DNA of 64,000 bases, taken from positions 90,854 to 154,853 of IMG/VR virus record IMGVR_UViG_3300020048_000026. One strand, given 5' to 3'. This document shows, in pieces, positions 19,738 through 29,993 of the stretch (the stretch's first letter is position 1; each line of letters opens with the position of its first letter). The stretch is from a virus. Position numbers and translations under genes: made by a program. Below the pieces are notes generated by a model. That model saw only the letters and a list, made by a program, of their open reading frames with translations, did not search any database and was not told the origin of the DNA.

Positions 19738-20889
19738 ATGAAATATCTATCTTATTTTAAAGAGAACGTTGATCAAGAGAATTTTAAAGATGATGTTGAA
19801 ACAGTTTTTGAGAGTGATGAATGGTTAGTAATTAGACCAAAATCATATGAATCTTTGTGTTTTTATGGTAAAGATACCGAATGGAGACTTGCTGATCAAG
19901 CACATGAATATTTATTTCATCCGGAGGATACTTATATAAATATCAATAAAGATGATGATAATTTAATATTATTTGATTTTTATAATTGTGATTTTTGTGA
20001 TAAAGAAGAAGATACTGTGTATTTGAAAGATTTTTTTGATATAAATAATGAGTTGTATTATTTTTATGGTGAGTTAATACAAAATAGTAATGTAGTTAAA
20101 GAAGGAGATAATTATTGGGTTGTTATTGATGATTATGTTTTTTTTACAGATTATTTTAAATTAGACAGAAATACTAGAGATGATTTTATAAAAAGAATGT
20201 TAAGTGGTGAAGATAGAGAAATTTTTAGTTATGATAGTAGAGATTTTGATATTGATGAGTTTTATGGAAAATTAAATGATAAAAATTTATTATTATTAAA
20301 AACAGTACTAAGATTAGAAAGAAATTTTGATGTTGATTATGATTATGATGTAAATGGAGTAAAAAATTATGATGATATTACATCAATAGTTAAGGAATAT
20401 GACTTAGAAGAATTAAAAAAGTTTTTAAGACATTGTGTGTGTGAGGCTCGTGAAGATGCAGATTCTTGTAAAGCCTATGAAGAAATAACAGATGAAATTT
20501 ATGATTTTTTTAATCTTGAAATTGGTTCGGCTAAATGGCAAAAGTATAAGAATTCAAAATATGATAAATTATGGATAAGATTTAAGACTAAAGCCGCAGC
20601 TTATTATTCAAAGTTTTTATTTAATGGTTATGATGATAGTTATTCTGATGAAAAAATAAACTATTATTCAAAAGATTATTATGGAGATTTAAAAGATTTG
20701 GAAATTTCTTTTAATGATGCTATTGAAAATAAGATTTTTGATTTTGACTCTGCTAATGTAAATTATAGTGATATAAAAGAATTCTTAAGTATTTGGAATG
20801 AATCAAAAGAAAAAAATCCATCAGCAACAGAAGAAGAAATTGAGAAAGATGTTGATTTTTATTTTAATGCAAAAAAATATAATTTATAA
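19738..20889 (+). CDS. Acidic hypothetical protein with N-terminal CTS-like and C-terminal KYNL tags
   Basis: MKYLSYFKEN...NAKKYNL; WLVIRPKSYESLCFYG..TEW motif; late motif at 19723-19731. Confidence 0.75.
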   Translation: MKYLSYFKENVDQENFKDDVETVFESDEWLVIRPKSYESLCFYGKDTEWRLADQAHEYLFHPEDTYININKDDDNLILFDFYNCDFCDKEEDTVYLKDFFDINNELYYFYGELIQNSNVVKEGDNYWVVIDDYVFFTDYFKLDRNTRDDFIKRMLSGEDREIFSYDSRDFDIDEFYGKLNDKNLLLLKTVLRLERNFDVDYDYDVNGVKNYDDITSIVKEYDLEELKKFLRHCVCEAREDADSCKAYEEITDEIYDFFNLEIGSAKWQKYKNSKYDKLWIRFKTKAAAYYSKFLFNGYDDSYSDEKINYYSKDYYGDLKDLEISFNDAIENKIFDFDSANVNYSDIKEFLSIWNESKEKNPSATEEEIEKDVDFYFNAKKYNL

Positions 20890-21398
20890 TGATAATAAAT
20901 TTTGATGAATTTATTAAATTAAATGAAACTGAATCTACACCATCTATTATTTTGGATTTATTTACTGATGATAGATTAAAATCTTATAATATTAATGATG
21001 ATTTTTCTTTAAGTATTGAAAGAACAAAAGGCTCATTTAAAGTTATAATTAAAGATAAAAACTTAAATAATAAGGTTATTGGTAGAGTTTATGTACAAGA
21101 GATTAAACCTAATGGCAAAAATGGATATAAAGCAGAATTGAGAAGGTTATATGTTAATGATGAGTATAGAGGTAATAAGTTTGGTGAAATATTGTTAAGA
21201 ACTGCTCTAGATTCATTTCCTGAAATTGATTTATATGGTTACCCAAGTCCAAATAGAAATAAAGATATGAATGATGATAATCTTGAAGATTATAGAAAGA
21301 GATTAATAAAATTTTATGACAGACTAGGACTAAAGAAAGTGTCTGATAAAAGTAATAAAGTTGAGAGAATTTCTTTAAAAAAATCTTTATCTTTATAA
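20889..21398 (+). CDS. GNAT acetyltransferase with CTS-like N-terminus
   Basis: RLYVNDEYRGNKFG motif A, LIKFYDRLGL; MIINFDEFIKLNE. Confidence 0.85.
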   Translation: MIINFDEFIKLNETESTPSIILDLFTDDRLKSYNINDDFSLSIERTKGSFKVIIKDKNLNNKVIGRVYVQEIKPNGKNGYKAELRRLYVNDEYRGNKFGEILLRTALDSFPEIDLYGYPSPNRNKDMNDDNLEDYRKRLIKFYDRLGLKKVSDKSNKVERISLKKSLSL

Positions 21399-21411
21399 AA
21401 AAATATAATTT

Positions 21412-22149
21412 ATGATAGAGAGATTTGAAAAATTTATAACTCCTAAAAATGAAGATAAATATCCAGCAGTAAGACACTTATCATTATATGAGTCAGCAAT
21501 ATCTATTATGGAGAATGGTTATATAATGAGTAGAAATGAAATGAAGAAAAATATTAATGATATAGATATTAATGTAATAAAGAATAAAGCGATAAATTCT
21601 AAGGATAGATGGTGGGATGAAAGGAAAGCACTTGAACATAAAAAATTTGGTACCGAAGATGTAATATATTGCACTCCTGATTGGTTTAATGATTCAGGTT
21701 ATGAAACAGGTCATGGTGCGGTTATGTTTTATTTTAAACCTTCTATTTTTGAAGATTTTAAGGTAACATTGACTATAACAGATAGTTTAATGGAAAGTAA
21801 TTTGAAAATTTATAATAGTAAAGAAATTCAAAAAATCTATTCAAATATAATAAAAGAAAATTATAATGTTGATTATGAAAAAGAAGCAAAGAAAATATTA
21901 GAAAATTTGAATAATAAAAATGAGGGTAGAATGTTCAATACAAGTAAAGGGTTGATGTTTATTGAAGGTAATAGATTTTATAATAAATATTCAGAGATTC
22001 AATTACATATAAATAGAATTCCAATTAAATATATACAGGAAATTAGGTTAACAGATAATTTTTTAGATGTAAAAGATTCTGATATTAAAAATAAAGAAAA
22101 ATTGATAAAACTATCAACACAAAAAAATATTAAAATTTATGATATATAG
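21412..22149 (+). CDS. Putative ADP-ribosyltransferase (DarT-like / H-Y-E clade) with CTS-like N-terminus
   Basis: VRHLS...ISIMENGYIMSRNE, DVIYCTP, YSEIQL..RIP..YI. Confidence 0.5.
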   Translation: MIERFEKFITPKNEDKYPAVRHLSLYESAISIMENGYIMSRNEMKKNINDIDINVIKNKAINSKDRWWDERKALEHKKFGTEDVIYCTPDWFNDSGYETGHGAVMFYFKPSIFEDFKVTLTITDSLMESNLKIYNSKEIQKIYSNIIKENYNVDYEKEAKKILENLNNKNEGRMFNTSKGLMFIEGNRFYNKYSEIQLHINRIPIKYIQEIRLTDNFLDVKDSDIKNKEKLIKLSTQKNIKIYDI

Positions 22150-23005
22150 ATTTAAAATTTTTGAGAAAATGAGCGTTGATAGTTTAACAGTTCAGATTTC
22201 AGAGAAAATTTGGAAAAAATTCTTAGAGAATAAAAATGAATCTTCTTTTAGTGTTGATATATCAGAGTTTAACATTAATTTAAGAAGCTCACGTACAAAT
22301 ATTGTACCTATAAATTATATTAATGTAAATGTAAAGAAAAATCAAGCTGAATCTGATTGTTCTAATTTCGCATATACTTACAAGGACGGTTTCTTTACAG
22401 TTATTTCAATTGGGTTGTTGGATAGAGAGTCAGACAAATATAAAACATATGGTAAAATAAAACAAGATATTATTCATGAAATTCAACATATGGTTGATGA
22501 ATCAAGAAAAATAAAATTAAATGATAAATCTCGTTTTTTTGATCCAGCACAATCAAGAGCATTATTTCGTACTGATGTTTTTGGTGCATTTAGTAATGAT
22601 AAAGGTAATTTATATAATGCTAAAAAAACAATTGATAGTTTTTTAACTTATAATGGCTTAACAGAACAATATAAAAAATTATTAATTTATCTTTATTTGG
22701 CTACAGATGATGAAATGGCTTCGCGTTTACATGAACTCTATATACAATCAAAAGAACCTGGATATTTAGATTATTTAAAACAAAAAAAAAGACCAATAAA
22801 GTATTATAAAGATATGATACAAATGAAACTTGATTATAATCTTTTTTCTAAGAAGGAAAAAGATAAAATCTCAGATTTATTCCAAGTTAGTAATATTAAG
22901 AAAGTTGAGAAATATATAAATAATCAAGGTCAAAAATTTATAAACAAAGCTTATAAATTAGCTTCTTATGAAGAACCAGATAATACCGTTAAAAATAGTT
23001 ATTAA
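22139..23005 (+). CDS. Putative zinc metallopeptidase with CTS-like N-terminus
   Basis: IIHEIQHMVD HExxH plus downstream DEMASRL; MIYRFKIFEK. Confidence 0.6.
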   Translation: MIYRFKIFEKMSVDSLTVQISEKIWKKFLENKNESSFSVDISEFNINLRSSRTNIVPINYINVNVKKNQAESDCSNFAYTYKDGFFTVISIGLLDRESDKYKTYGKIKQDIIHEIQHMVDESRKIKLNDKSRFFDPAQSRALFRTDVFGAFSNDKGNLYNAKKTIDSFLTYNGLTEQYKKLLIYLYLATDDEMASRLHELYIQSKEPGYLDYLKQKKRPIKYYKDMIQMKLDYNLFSKKEKDKISDLFQVSNIKKVEKYINNQGQKFINKAYKLASYEEPDNTVKNSY

Positions 23006-23627
23006 GTACAACAAAATCACCTTTTTTAATAAAATCAATTAATCTTATCAAATGATTATTAGAAAAAAGATGTTTATTATCTTCACTATATTCTATTAAT
23101 TTCCAAGCATCTTCTATTAAACTGAGTCTTACATTGTGTAATCCTTCACCAGAAAATGAATTTAGAAAATTTAGAAAATTTGAACGAAATCCATCTCTTT
23201 CTCCATGACCACAACAAGGTCTCATTATTTCTAATACATCAGCATCATAAACAATTATCTTATTTATATCTAAATTTAATTTTTTATTGATTAATGAAGA
23301 TGAATATTTACAAAAATTCAGACCATAACCTTTTTTCTCTAAGTAATTAGAACACAAGTTCATGCTATCGTTTTCCCATAAATCAATACCATTTGCTTGT
23401 CGTCCTGAATCGTGAAATGATACTGCATATCTAATTGCTGAAAAATCAATATCTTTATTGTTCAATTCATTATAATGAAATCTAGCCATAAATTCGGAGA
23501 AGATAATAGATCTTGCTATATGAAGTCTACCATGCACACCAACAACATCAAAAGTGTTTTCGTGTTTCTGATAAATTGGTGATATTTGTGCTGTAAATTC
23601 TCGTATGAAATTATTCCAGTTTTCCAT
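22989..23627 (-). CDS. HD-domain phosphohydrolase
   Basis: VHGRLHIARS...SFHDSGR...YDADVLE. Confidence 0.8.
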   Translation of the reverse strand: MENWNNFIREFTAQISPIYQKHENTFDVVGVHGRLHIARSIIFSEFMARFHYNELNNKDIDFSAIRYAVSFHDSGRQANGIDLWENDSMNLCSNYLEKKGYGLNFCKYSSSLINKKLNLDINKIIVYDADVLEIMRPCCGHGERDGFRSNFLNFLNSFSGEGLHNVRLSLIEDAWKLIEYSEDNKHLFSNNHLIRLIDFIKKGDFVVLNNYF

Positions 23628-23657
23628 TTTATTGTTATGAAAAAAAAGTATGAAAGT

Positions 23658-24998
23658 TTAGAAAAGTGGTTTTTTCTTTTCTTCAGGAAATTCTGGCATT
23701 CCACCTTTTTTAGGTGCACCTTCTTTTTTCTTTTTCTCTCCACCTTCTGGAATTTCACTCATTAATTTATCAACATCGGGATAAATTTGATTATCAGCAT
23801 CTGTATTAAAATTAACTTTAAAATAATCTTTAAAGTTCAAAAGGTCGTTATTTCTTAATAGATACTCACGATTAATTTTTAATACACTTTCTAAAAAATC
23901 AGATATAACATCAACTTCTTTGTTGAATAACTCAATAGTTTTTTCATTGAATATACCTATTGGTTTCTTTTTCTTTTTATTGAAAGAACCTAAAATAAGT
24001 TTGAAAATATACTCTATTTTATTACTTGATTTAATTAATTCTATTGTTGTATCGTTTTTAAGTAGAAATATATTAATTCTGAATTTATCCTCTGTGAAAA
24101 AACTTGGAATTGATAAATTCCAATCATCTAATTCCTTTTTAATATTATCAATATATTCATTGAATATAAACGATATTAGTTCAATATATAATTCATCTTT
24201 TGTTATTTCTTTTAATTTAATTTTCTCTAAATCAACTAATTGTAGAAATTCTAAAAAGTTAAGTAATATTAATGTATAAGTATCTAAATATTCTGTTTTA
24301 TTATCTAGATTCATTTTTTCATAAGAAGGATTTAATATTTCAAATGAATATTCATCATTTCCATTTATTCTTATTACTATTTTTTCTAAATTATCATTAA
24401 ATTCGTCCATTAAGAATGAATTTTCTAAATTTGGATTTAGAATTTGATAGAAAAAATATGCAAAATTATTTTCACCAAAAACATATTCTAAATCTTTTTC
24501 AGATGTGTGTAAGAATAGATTAATTATTTCTAATTGTTTTTCATTTAATTTTCCTTTGAAAATGACAGGTAATGGGTCAACATCAAATAATTTTGAGTAT
24601 TCCATTATTTCAGAATAATTATATTTATATCTTGTACCTTTAACAATACAAGTTAAGATAAGATTATTTTTTGGTATTTTTTTATATTCTATGTGAGCAG
24701 GTTGTAAATCAGGAAAATATTCAAAACAAAACCACCAATTTGTTGATAATAAATTTGTTACATAATCTGGTAATGTATGAAGGTATTGAAAGCACATAGA
24801 ATAGAATTTTTGAATTGCTAAATCTACAAAATTTAATTCTGGATTGTTTATTGATTTTGGTTTTATAACGAATTTTGATCCGTCCCATCTAACGAAGATT
24901 TGTGCGCCTTGTATATCTTCGTATACTAATAATTCTTTGTTTTGTAATAATTCTATAATAGAATCAGGTTGATCATTTAGTTTTATAATCTGTGTCAT
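23658..24998 (-). CDS. RNA-ligase-fold protein with substituted adenylation lysine
   Basis: VYEDIQGAQI (cf. EKxDG), FCFEYF, LPVIFKG, LEKIVIR. Confidence 0.45.
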   Translation of the reverse strand: MTQIIKLNDQPDSIIELLQNKELLVYEDIQGAQIFVRWDGSKFVIKPKSINNPELNFVDLAIQKFYSMCFQYLHTLPDYVTNLLSTNWWFCFEYFPDLQPAHIEYKKIPKNNLILTCIVKGTRYKYNYSEIMEYSKLFDVDPLPVIFKGKLNEKQLEIINLFLHTSEKDLEYVFGENNFAYFFYQILNPNLENSFLMDEFNDNLEKIVIRINGNDEYSFEILNPSYEKMNLDNKTEYLDTYTLILLNFLEFLQLVDLEKIKLKEITKDELYIELISFIFNEYIDNIKKELDDWNLSIPSFFTEDKFRINIFLLKNDTTIELIKSSNKIEYIFKLILGSFNKKKKKPIGIFNEKTIELFNKEVDVISDFLESVLKINREYLLRNNDLLNFKDYFKVNFNTDADNQIYPDVDKLMSEIPEGGEKKKKEGAPKKGGMPEFPEEKKKPLF

Positions 24999-25089
24999 AT
25001 AATTCTTTTGTTTTTTGAATTGTTTTTACTATATATTAATATAGTGAGGTCATTTTTAGATAATTATTTTTTATTTGGATTATTTTTCT

Positions 25090-25097
25090 TAATTTTG
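25090..25097 (+). promoter_or_regulatory. Bacteroidetes-type -7 element TAATTTTG
   Basis: Intergenic, 25 nt before ATG 25123. Confidence 0.45.
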
Positions 25098-25122
25098 GGA
25101 TATAAACTAAAATAAACTAAAA

Positions 25123-26901
25123 ATGAGAGAACTATTATTTGTATTGTTTTTGACAATATCATTATTATCAAATGGACAAGATTTGATGACTTTACAACCA
25201 AGTGGTCACATCAATGATTTTGAGCAGATTTTTACTTCAGAGCAAAATGCTGATTTAGAAAACATTTGTTCTGATTATGAAAAGAAAACATCAATTGAAA
25301 TTTGCTTAGTAACATCAGCAGATTTTAATTTAGATTTAAGTGACGACCTTGGAAATAAATGGGGTATCGGTAAGAAGGGACTTGATAATGGATTACTGAT
25401 AGTTTTATCAAAAGCACAAAGAGATTGTGCTATTAGAACTGGATATGGTTTGGAGCCATTTTTACCTGATGCAACATTAACACAATATACTGATGAAATC
25501 TATCCTAGAACATTAAGTAATGACTCATTGAAAGATAGATTCTATATAGGAATGAAAGAACTTATTCTTACTTGTCAAAAACATTTAGGAAATCAAAGTT
25601 ATGATTTTCTTGTAGAATACAAGAAATTACAAGAAAAACGAGAATCAGAAGCACAAACAGCCGCGCTTTATGAATTTATAAAAATAATTCTATTGTTAAT
25701 TATATTAGGTGGTATTGGATTTTTGATTTATCGTCATATTCAAAAATTAAAAAAATTGAGAGAACTTAAAAATTCTATTGAAACAACAGCAAAGGTTATA
25801 GAGGAATTTAAATCTGAAGTGGAAAAATTTGGTCCTCTACCAAAAGAATTACAAGATATATATGATACTAAGATAGAACCTACAAAGAGTAATATTACTC
25901 AAGAAACCTTTACACAAAATCAATATATTTATAATCAATTTATTGATTATCGTGCTATAATCAATACTATCAATAATGCAATTGTTTCAATTTCATCTGT
26001 GAATAGTGATGTAGAAAAGTACTTACAGGATAATTATCCTTATTGTGAAGAATATTTAAAAAATGAGTTAAGTTCCATTTCATTTGTGGGTCCTGATTTT
26101 GAAGATTTGAAAACAGGAGAATATCGTAGAGAAAGAATGAATAAGTTAGTTGGAATTCAAACATCATTGGATGGAAAATTAAAAGCATTCTTAAATAAGA
26201 CTGTGAAAATAAATAGTATTATTACTGACAATCTTGAAATTTCTAAAAAAACAAGTGAATTGAAAAATTCATTTGTTGAATATACTGAAAAAAGGACTAT
26301 ATTATCTAGTGTAAAAATAGGCAAAAGATATGATAGTTTAGTAAATATAGATTTTGATAATTATCTTAACAAGATTACTACAAATATATCTAGTAGTTTG
26401 AATTTTCTAAAGAACGAAGATTTTGATTCTGCCATGAACACATATGGTAATTATGTTACTACTATTTCAGTTTTAAGTAGTGCATTTGAATCTGTTACAT
26501 CATTACTTAATCAATTTAATAAAAGTGAGAAATCTATTAAAGAAAATACAAGCAAATTATCTAATTTTATATCTTCAATAGAAGGAAAAATTAATCATTC
26601 CGGAGTTTCTTATACCCGTAAATCTACTTATGAGGATATAAAATCTAATATATCTAAATATAAAATATCTTTAACATCAGATATTATTCAAGCCTCAGAT
26701 ATGTTATCTAAAATCATTAAATTGCTTGATGAATTAGAGAATGAAATTGATTCTGATATTTCAGATCATGAGAGTAATCTACGTGCCGCTGCCGCTGCTA
26801 CAGCACTTTCTAGTTCTAGTCGTAGTTCTTCTAATGGAGGTGGTTTTGGTGGTTTTGGTGGAGGAAGTTTTGGTGGAGGTGGTACACGTTCTAAATTCTA
26901 A
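25123..26901 (+). CDS. TPM (YgcG-like) domain membrane protein with long coiled coil and Gly-rich tail
   Basis: Signal peptide, INDFEQIF, WGIGKKGLDNGLLI, IRTGYGLE..LPD, TM helix, GGFGGGSFGGGG tail. Confidence 0.85.
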   Translation: MRELLFVLFLTISLLSNGQDLMTLQPSGHINDFEQIFTSEQNADLENICSDYEKKTSIEICLVTSADFNLDLSDDLGNKWGIGKKGLDNGLLIVLSKAQRDCAIRTGYGLEPFLPDATLTQYTDEIYPRTLSNDSLKDRFYIGMKELILTCQKHLGNQSYDFLVEYKKLQEKRESEAQTAALYEFIKIILLLIILGGIGFLIYRHIQKLKKLRELKNSIETTAKVIEEFKSEVEKFGPLPKELQDIYDTKIEPTKSNITQETFTQNQYIYNQFIDYRAIINTINNAIVSISSVNSDVEKYLQDNYPYCEEYLKNELSSISFVGPDFEDLKTGEYRRERMNKLVGIQTSLDGKLKAFLNKTVKINSIITDNLEISKKTSELKNSFVEYTEKRTILSSVKIGKRYDSLVNIDFDNYLNKITTNISSSLNFLKNEDFDSAMNTYGNYVTTISVLSSAFESVTSLLNQFNKSEKSIKENTSKLSNFISSIEGKINHSGVSYTRKSTYEDIKSNISKYKISLTSDIIQASDMLSKIIKLLDELENEIDSDISDHESNLRAAAAATALSSSSRSSSNGGGFGGFGGGSFGGGGTRSKF

Positions 26902-27617
26902 TCCTCTCTATTATCCTTAATAATATTCAATTTATTATTATATTTGATAATAGTATGATGATAAATATTTTTAATTAAATATTTATTATAATACTCTTTG
27001 ATTTTTGTTAAATCTCCTTTTATATTTGCTCCACCTTTCATAAAAAATTTTATCTCAATTTTTCCTAAATTTTGCCATGCACCAACTTTTTTATCGTCAA
27101 AGTTTTTTGGATCTTCATTAAATATTAATTTATAAAATTGTTTAAATTCCCATTCTTTATAACTACCGAAATATATTTTTAAATAATTTTTATCTAAATT
27201 GTAGAAATCAATTGTTTTTGATGCACCAAATTCATCTTTGAGATTAAATCTTTCCTTAAATTTTATCCATGCTATAACATCTCTAGCTTCTGGTCTATTC
27301 CAAGGTGTTGAACAAGAATCATCACTTGATAAATAAAACGTTTTTATAAATTCAAATATTTTATCATCTACATTGAATCCAGAAAAATATTTTTTTAATC
27401 TATTATCAATTTCCTCATAATCATTCAGATTTCTTAAATCTTCTTTTATTCTTTCATCATATGTTATACCTAATGTATTATTCTTACTTATTAGACTATT
27501 TATTTTTTTCTGATGAAGTTCCCAATCACTTACATGACCAAATCCTTGTTGGTCTAAAAATTTTAGAATTTGTTTTAGATCTGCTTGATTTTTAATAGTG
27601 AGTCCACTTAAATTCAT
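26898..27617 (-). CDS. Hypothetical protein
   Basis: 239-aa ORF, divergent from palindromic late motif at 27636-27647. Confidence 0.7.
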   Translation of the reverse strand: MNLSGLTIKNQADLKQILKFLDQQGFGHVSDWELHQKKINSLISKNNTLGITYDERIKEDLRNLNDYEEIDNRLKKYFSGFNVDDKIFEFIKTFYLSSDDSCSTPWNRPEARDVIAWIKFKERFNLKDEFGASKTIDFYNLDKNYLKIYFGSYKEWEFKQFYKLIFNEDPKNFDDKKVGAWQNLGKIEIKFFMKGGANIKGDLTKIKEYYNKYLIKNIYHHTIIKYNNKLNIIKDNRED

Positions 27618-27668
27618 AAAATTAGATTTTGTTTTTTATATATATAAAAAAACAAAATACATATTTTA

Positions 27669-28058
27669 ATGCTAAAAACTTATACTAGTTTTATTACAAA
27701 GATTAATGAAGGTTCAGATAGTTCTCCAACTATTATTTATTGGGATCATCAACTTGTTGATGTTCTGGATAAAGAGTGGACAAACATAACAGTTAAGATT
27801 CTCACACATTCTTCTAATATTTATACAATAGGGTTTAAAGCTGGAAATGAAAAATATGATTATTATGGTGTTTTGTTTGATAGTAGTAGTAATAGTTTAT
27901 TAGTACAAGATACTCATAATGTAGATTCTAAGTTTCAAAAAAAGTTAAATATAGAATTTTGGAAAAATGCTGTAGAATACTCTAAAAATATGGATTTTGA
28001 TCCTAAATTTTTAGGTGATGTTTCTCATATAAGAGATGCTGAAAGATATAATATGTAA
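27669..28058 (+). CDS. Hypothetical protein with CTS-like N-terminus and KYNL-variant C-terminus
   Basis: MLKTYTSFITKINE...DAERYNM. Confidence 0.7.
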   Translation: MLKTYTSFITKINEGSDSSPTIIYWDHQLVDVLDKEWTNITVKILTHSSNIYTIGFKAGNEKYDYYGVLFDSSSNSLLVQDTHNVDSKFQKKLNIEFWKNAVEYSKNMDFDPKFLGDVSHIRDAERYNM

Positions 28059-28889
28059 TTATACTGCTAATTCTAATTTTGTTGTGAGTCTTTCAATTCC
28101 TTTCACATTATATATCTCAAAATCTTCAACGTCTATATTATAGAAATCCTTATTTGTGTTTAATATAAGTTTTGGCTCTATTTCTAATGGTGTTCTACTT
28201 AATAATTCTGTAACTGAACTAAAATGTCTATCATAAATATGTAAATTTTGAACTAAATGACAAAATTTGCCTATTTTATAATTTAGTTGTGAAGCTACCA
28301 TCATTTGTAGAGCAACATATTGAATTTTATTTATATATCCTGCCATAATATAATCATTGCTACGCTGTACTAATGTCATATCAAGATAGTACTCATTTTC
28401 AAATTTTCTTACTGACCAAATTGTTTCATATGCACAAGGAAATAATCCATCTGTTTCAAGCAAATCTTGATATTGATACATATTCATTATATGTCTTCTA
28501 GAAAAAGGATCATTCTTTAATGAATAAATTAAATTATTCATTAAATTATATTTTTTTACTGTAGCACCATATCTTTGACCTATTGTATCATCACCTATAT
28601 TCCAATCATCCCACCATTTTATATCACGTTTTCTAGCACTTATAAGAGAACTATCTTGGTCTTGATAAATCCAAAGTATTTCTTTTATTCCAGTTTTTAT
28701 TGCCGTGTTTCTTAGTGTTGTAATTGGAAATTCACCTTTACTTAGATTATATTCTTCAAAAACTTGTGTTATAAATTTACTATACGCTGGTGTACCATCT
28801 AAGTATTTTGGTCTAGGATTTTCATCAAAAGAACCTTCATCAATTATTTTATTTAAATTTTCAATATAATATTTATCAGCTTTATTCAT
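28059..28889 (-). CDS. thyA: Thymidylate synthase
   Basis: FPITTLR, EILWI, IGQRYG, SRRHI, LFPC (catalytic Cys), QRSND, YINKIQY, HIYDRH. Confidence 0.95.
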   Translation of the reverse strand: MNKADKYYIENLNKIIDEGSFDENPRPKYLDGTPAYSKFITQVFEEYNLSKGEFPITTLRNTAIKTGIKEILWIYQDQDSSLISARKRDIKWWDDWNIGDDTIGQRYGATVKKYNLMNNLIYSLKNDPFSRRHIMNMYQYQDLLETDGLFPCAYETIWSVRKFENEYYLDMTLVQRSNDYIMAGYINKIQYVALQMMVASQLNYKIGKFCHLVQNLHIYDRHFSSVTELLSRTPLEIEPKLILNTNKDFYNIDVEDFEIYNVKGIERLTTKLELAV

Positions 28890-28896
28890 ATTTTAT

Positions 28897-29646
28897 TTAC
28901 ATTTTTTGAAAAAATAGAGTATTCATTGTCACTATTAATTGCAGTTCTTCCGCTGTCAAATTAGGTAATTTATCTAATTTATATCTATTTTTTATAGATT
29001 CATAAATAGGTAGTATATTTTTTAATGTTGCTACATTAATTTTAAATGTACCTTTTCTAAATCTATCCCAAATACCTTGATCAGGTATACCATGTAGGTC
29101 TGCTATTATTTGTGTTTCTAAATGCCAAAACCACATTTTTTTACATTCAATGTTTTCACATATCTTTTTAACATCCTTTATTGTTTCTTCTGTCGTTTCA
29201 AATTCATAATGATCTAATAATAAAGTGTCACATTTACCTTTATATGTCCTTGCATCACAACATATTATGTTTGCTTTTTTGAATAGAGATGGATTTACTT
29301 TTTTATGATAATCAATAACATCTTGACTTTTTTCTAAAACTGTTAGTGATTTTACATTTGTATTGTTTAATAACCAAAATTCACGTGCTGCAAATCCTAA
29401 ACCAGTAGCAATAACATTTCCACTAGCAATATAGTAATGTGAAAATAATTGTGCAGCCTGCATATGATCTTTTTGATATAGCATCCATTGTTGCCCGTGA
29501 ATATAGAGAGCATGTGTACCATTCTCAAATTTTTTAACTTCAAAAGCCTTTATTGGTCCAGTTGGGCCAAGTGTTTTGATATTATTATCTTCTATAATAT
29601 CAAAATTTGGTGGATTATAATTGAATAATTTTAATACCTCTAGCAT
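28897..29646 (-). CDS. Class I SAM-dependent methyltransferase (spermidine-synthase-like)
   Basis: VIATGLGFA, LTVLEKS.DVI, IICCDA, CDTLLLD. Confidence 0.7.
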   Translation of the reverse strand: MLEVLKLFNYNPPNFDIIEDNNIKTLGPTGPIKAFEVKKFENGTHALYIHGQQWMLYQKDHMQAAQLFSHYYIASGNVIATGLGFAAREFWLLNNTNVKSLTVLEKSQDVIDYHKKVNPSLFKKANIICCDARTYKGKCDTLLLDHYEFETTEETIKDVKKICENIECKKMWFWHLETQIIADLHGIPDQGIWDRFRKGTFKINVATLKNILPIYESIKNRYKLDKLPNLTAEELQLIVTMNTLFFQKM

Positions 29647-29993
29647 TCATTTATAATATCTATTTTTCTTAGTTTTATATCTCTCACTATTCTATCCCAT
29701 TCTTTTTTAAAACTATTTGTTGGATCATTTTTAATGTTATTAGAAACTTCTTTAACCAAATCGTTCAATTCTGGTGATGTAGTATAACGTGATATAGGAT
29801 AGATAACTTTCACTTCAGATTGTCCTTCCATTACAGGAAGCCAAATTTCTCTTATAATATAATCATCTTTTAATTCAGGATCATCAGTTAATTTATAAGT
29901 TGTCATTAAATCATGAATTGATTGTTGTGCTTGTTGCCGAGTTAATCCATTTACTGTTATTCTATAAACAATTATAATTAATTCTTTTTTCAT
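29640..29993 (-). CDS. Hypothetical protein with C-terminal RKxKL tag
   Basis: Ends VRDIKLRKIDIINEC. Confidence 0.65.
   Translation of the reverse strand: MKKELIIIVYRITVNGLTRQQAQQSIHDLMTTYKLTDDPELKDDYIIREIWLPVMEGQSEVKVIYPISRYTTSPELNDLVKEVSNNIKNDPTNSFKKEWDRIVRDIKLRKIDIINEC

Noticed and set aside
28059-28889. dCMP hydroxymethylase (modified-base pathway)
   Set aside because: Retains Asn in AGYINKIQY typical of dUMP-specific ThyA rather than Asp
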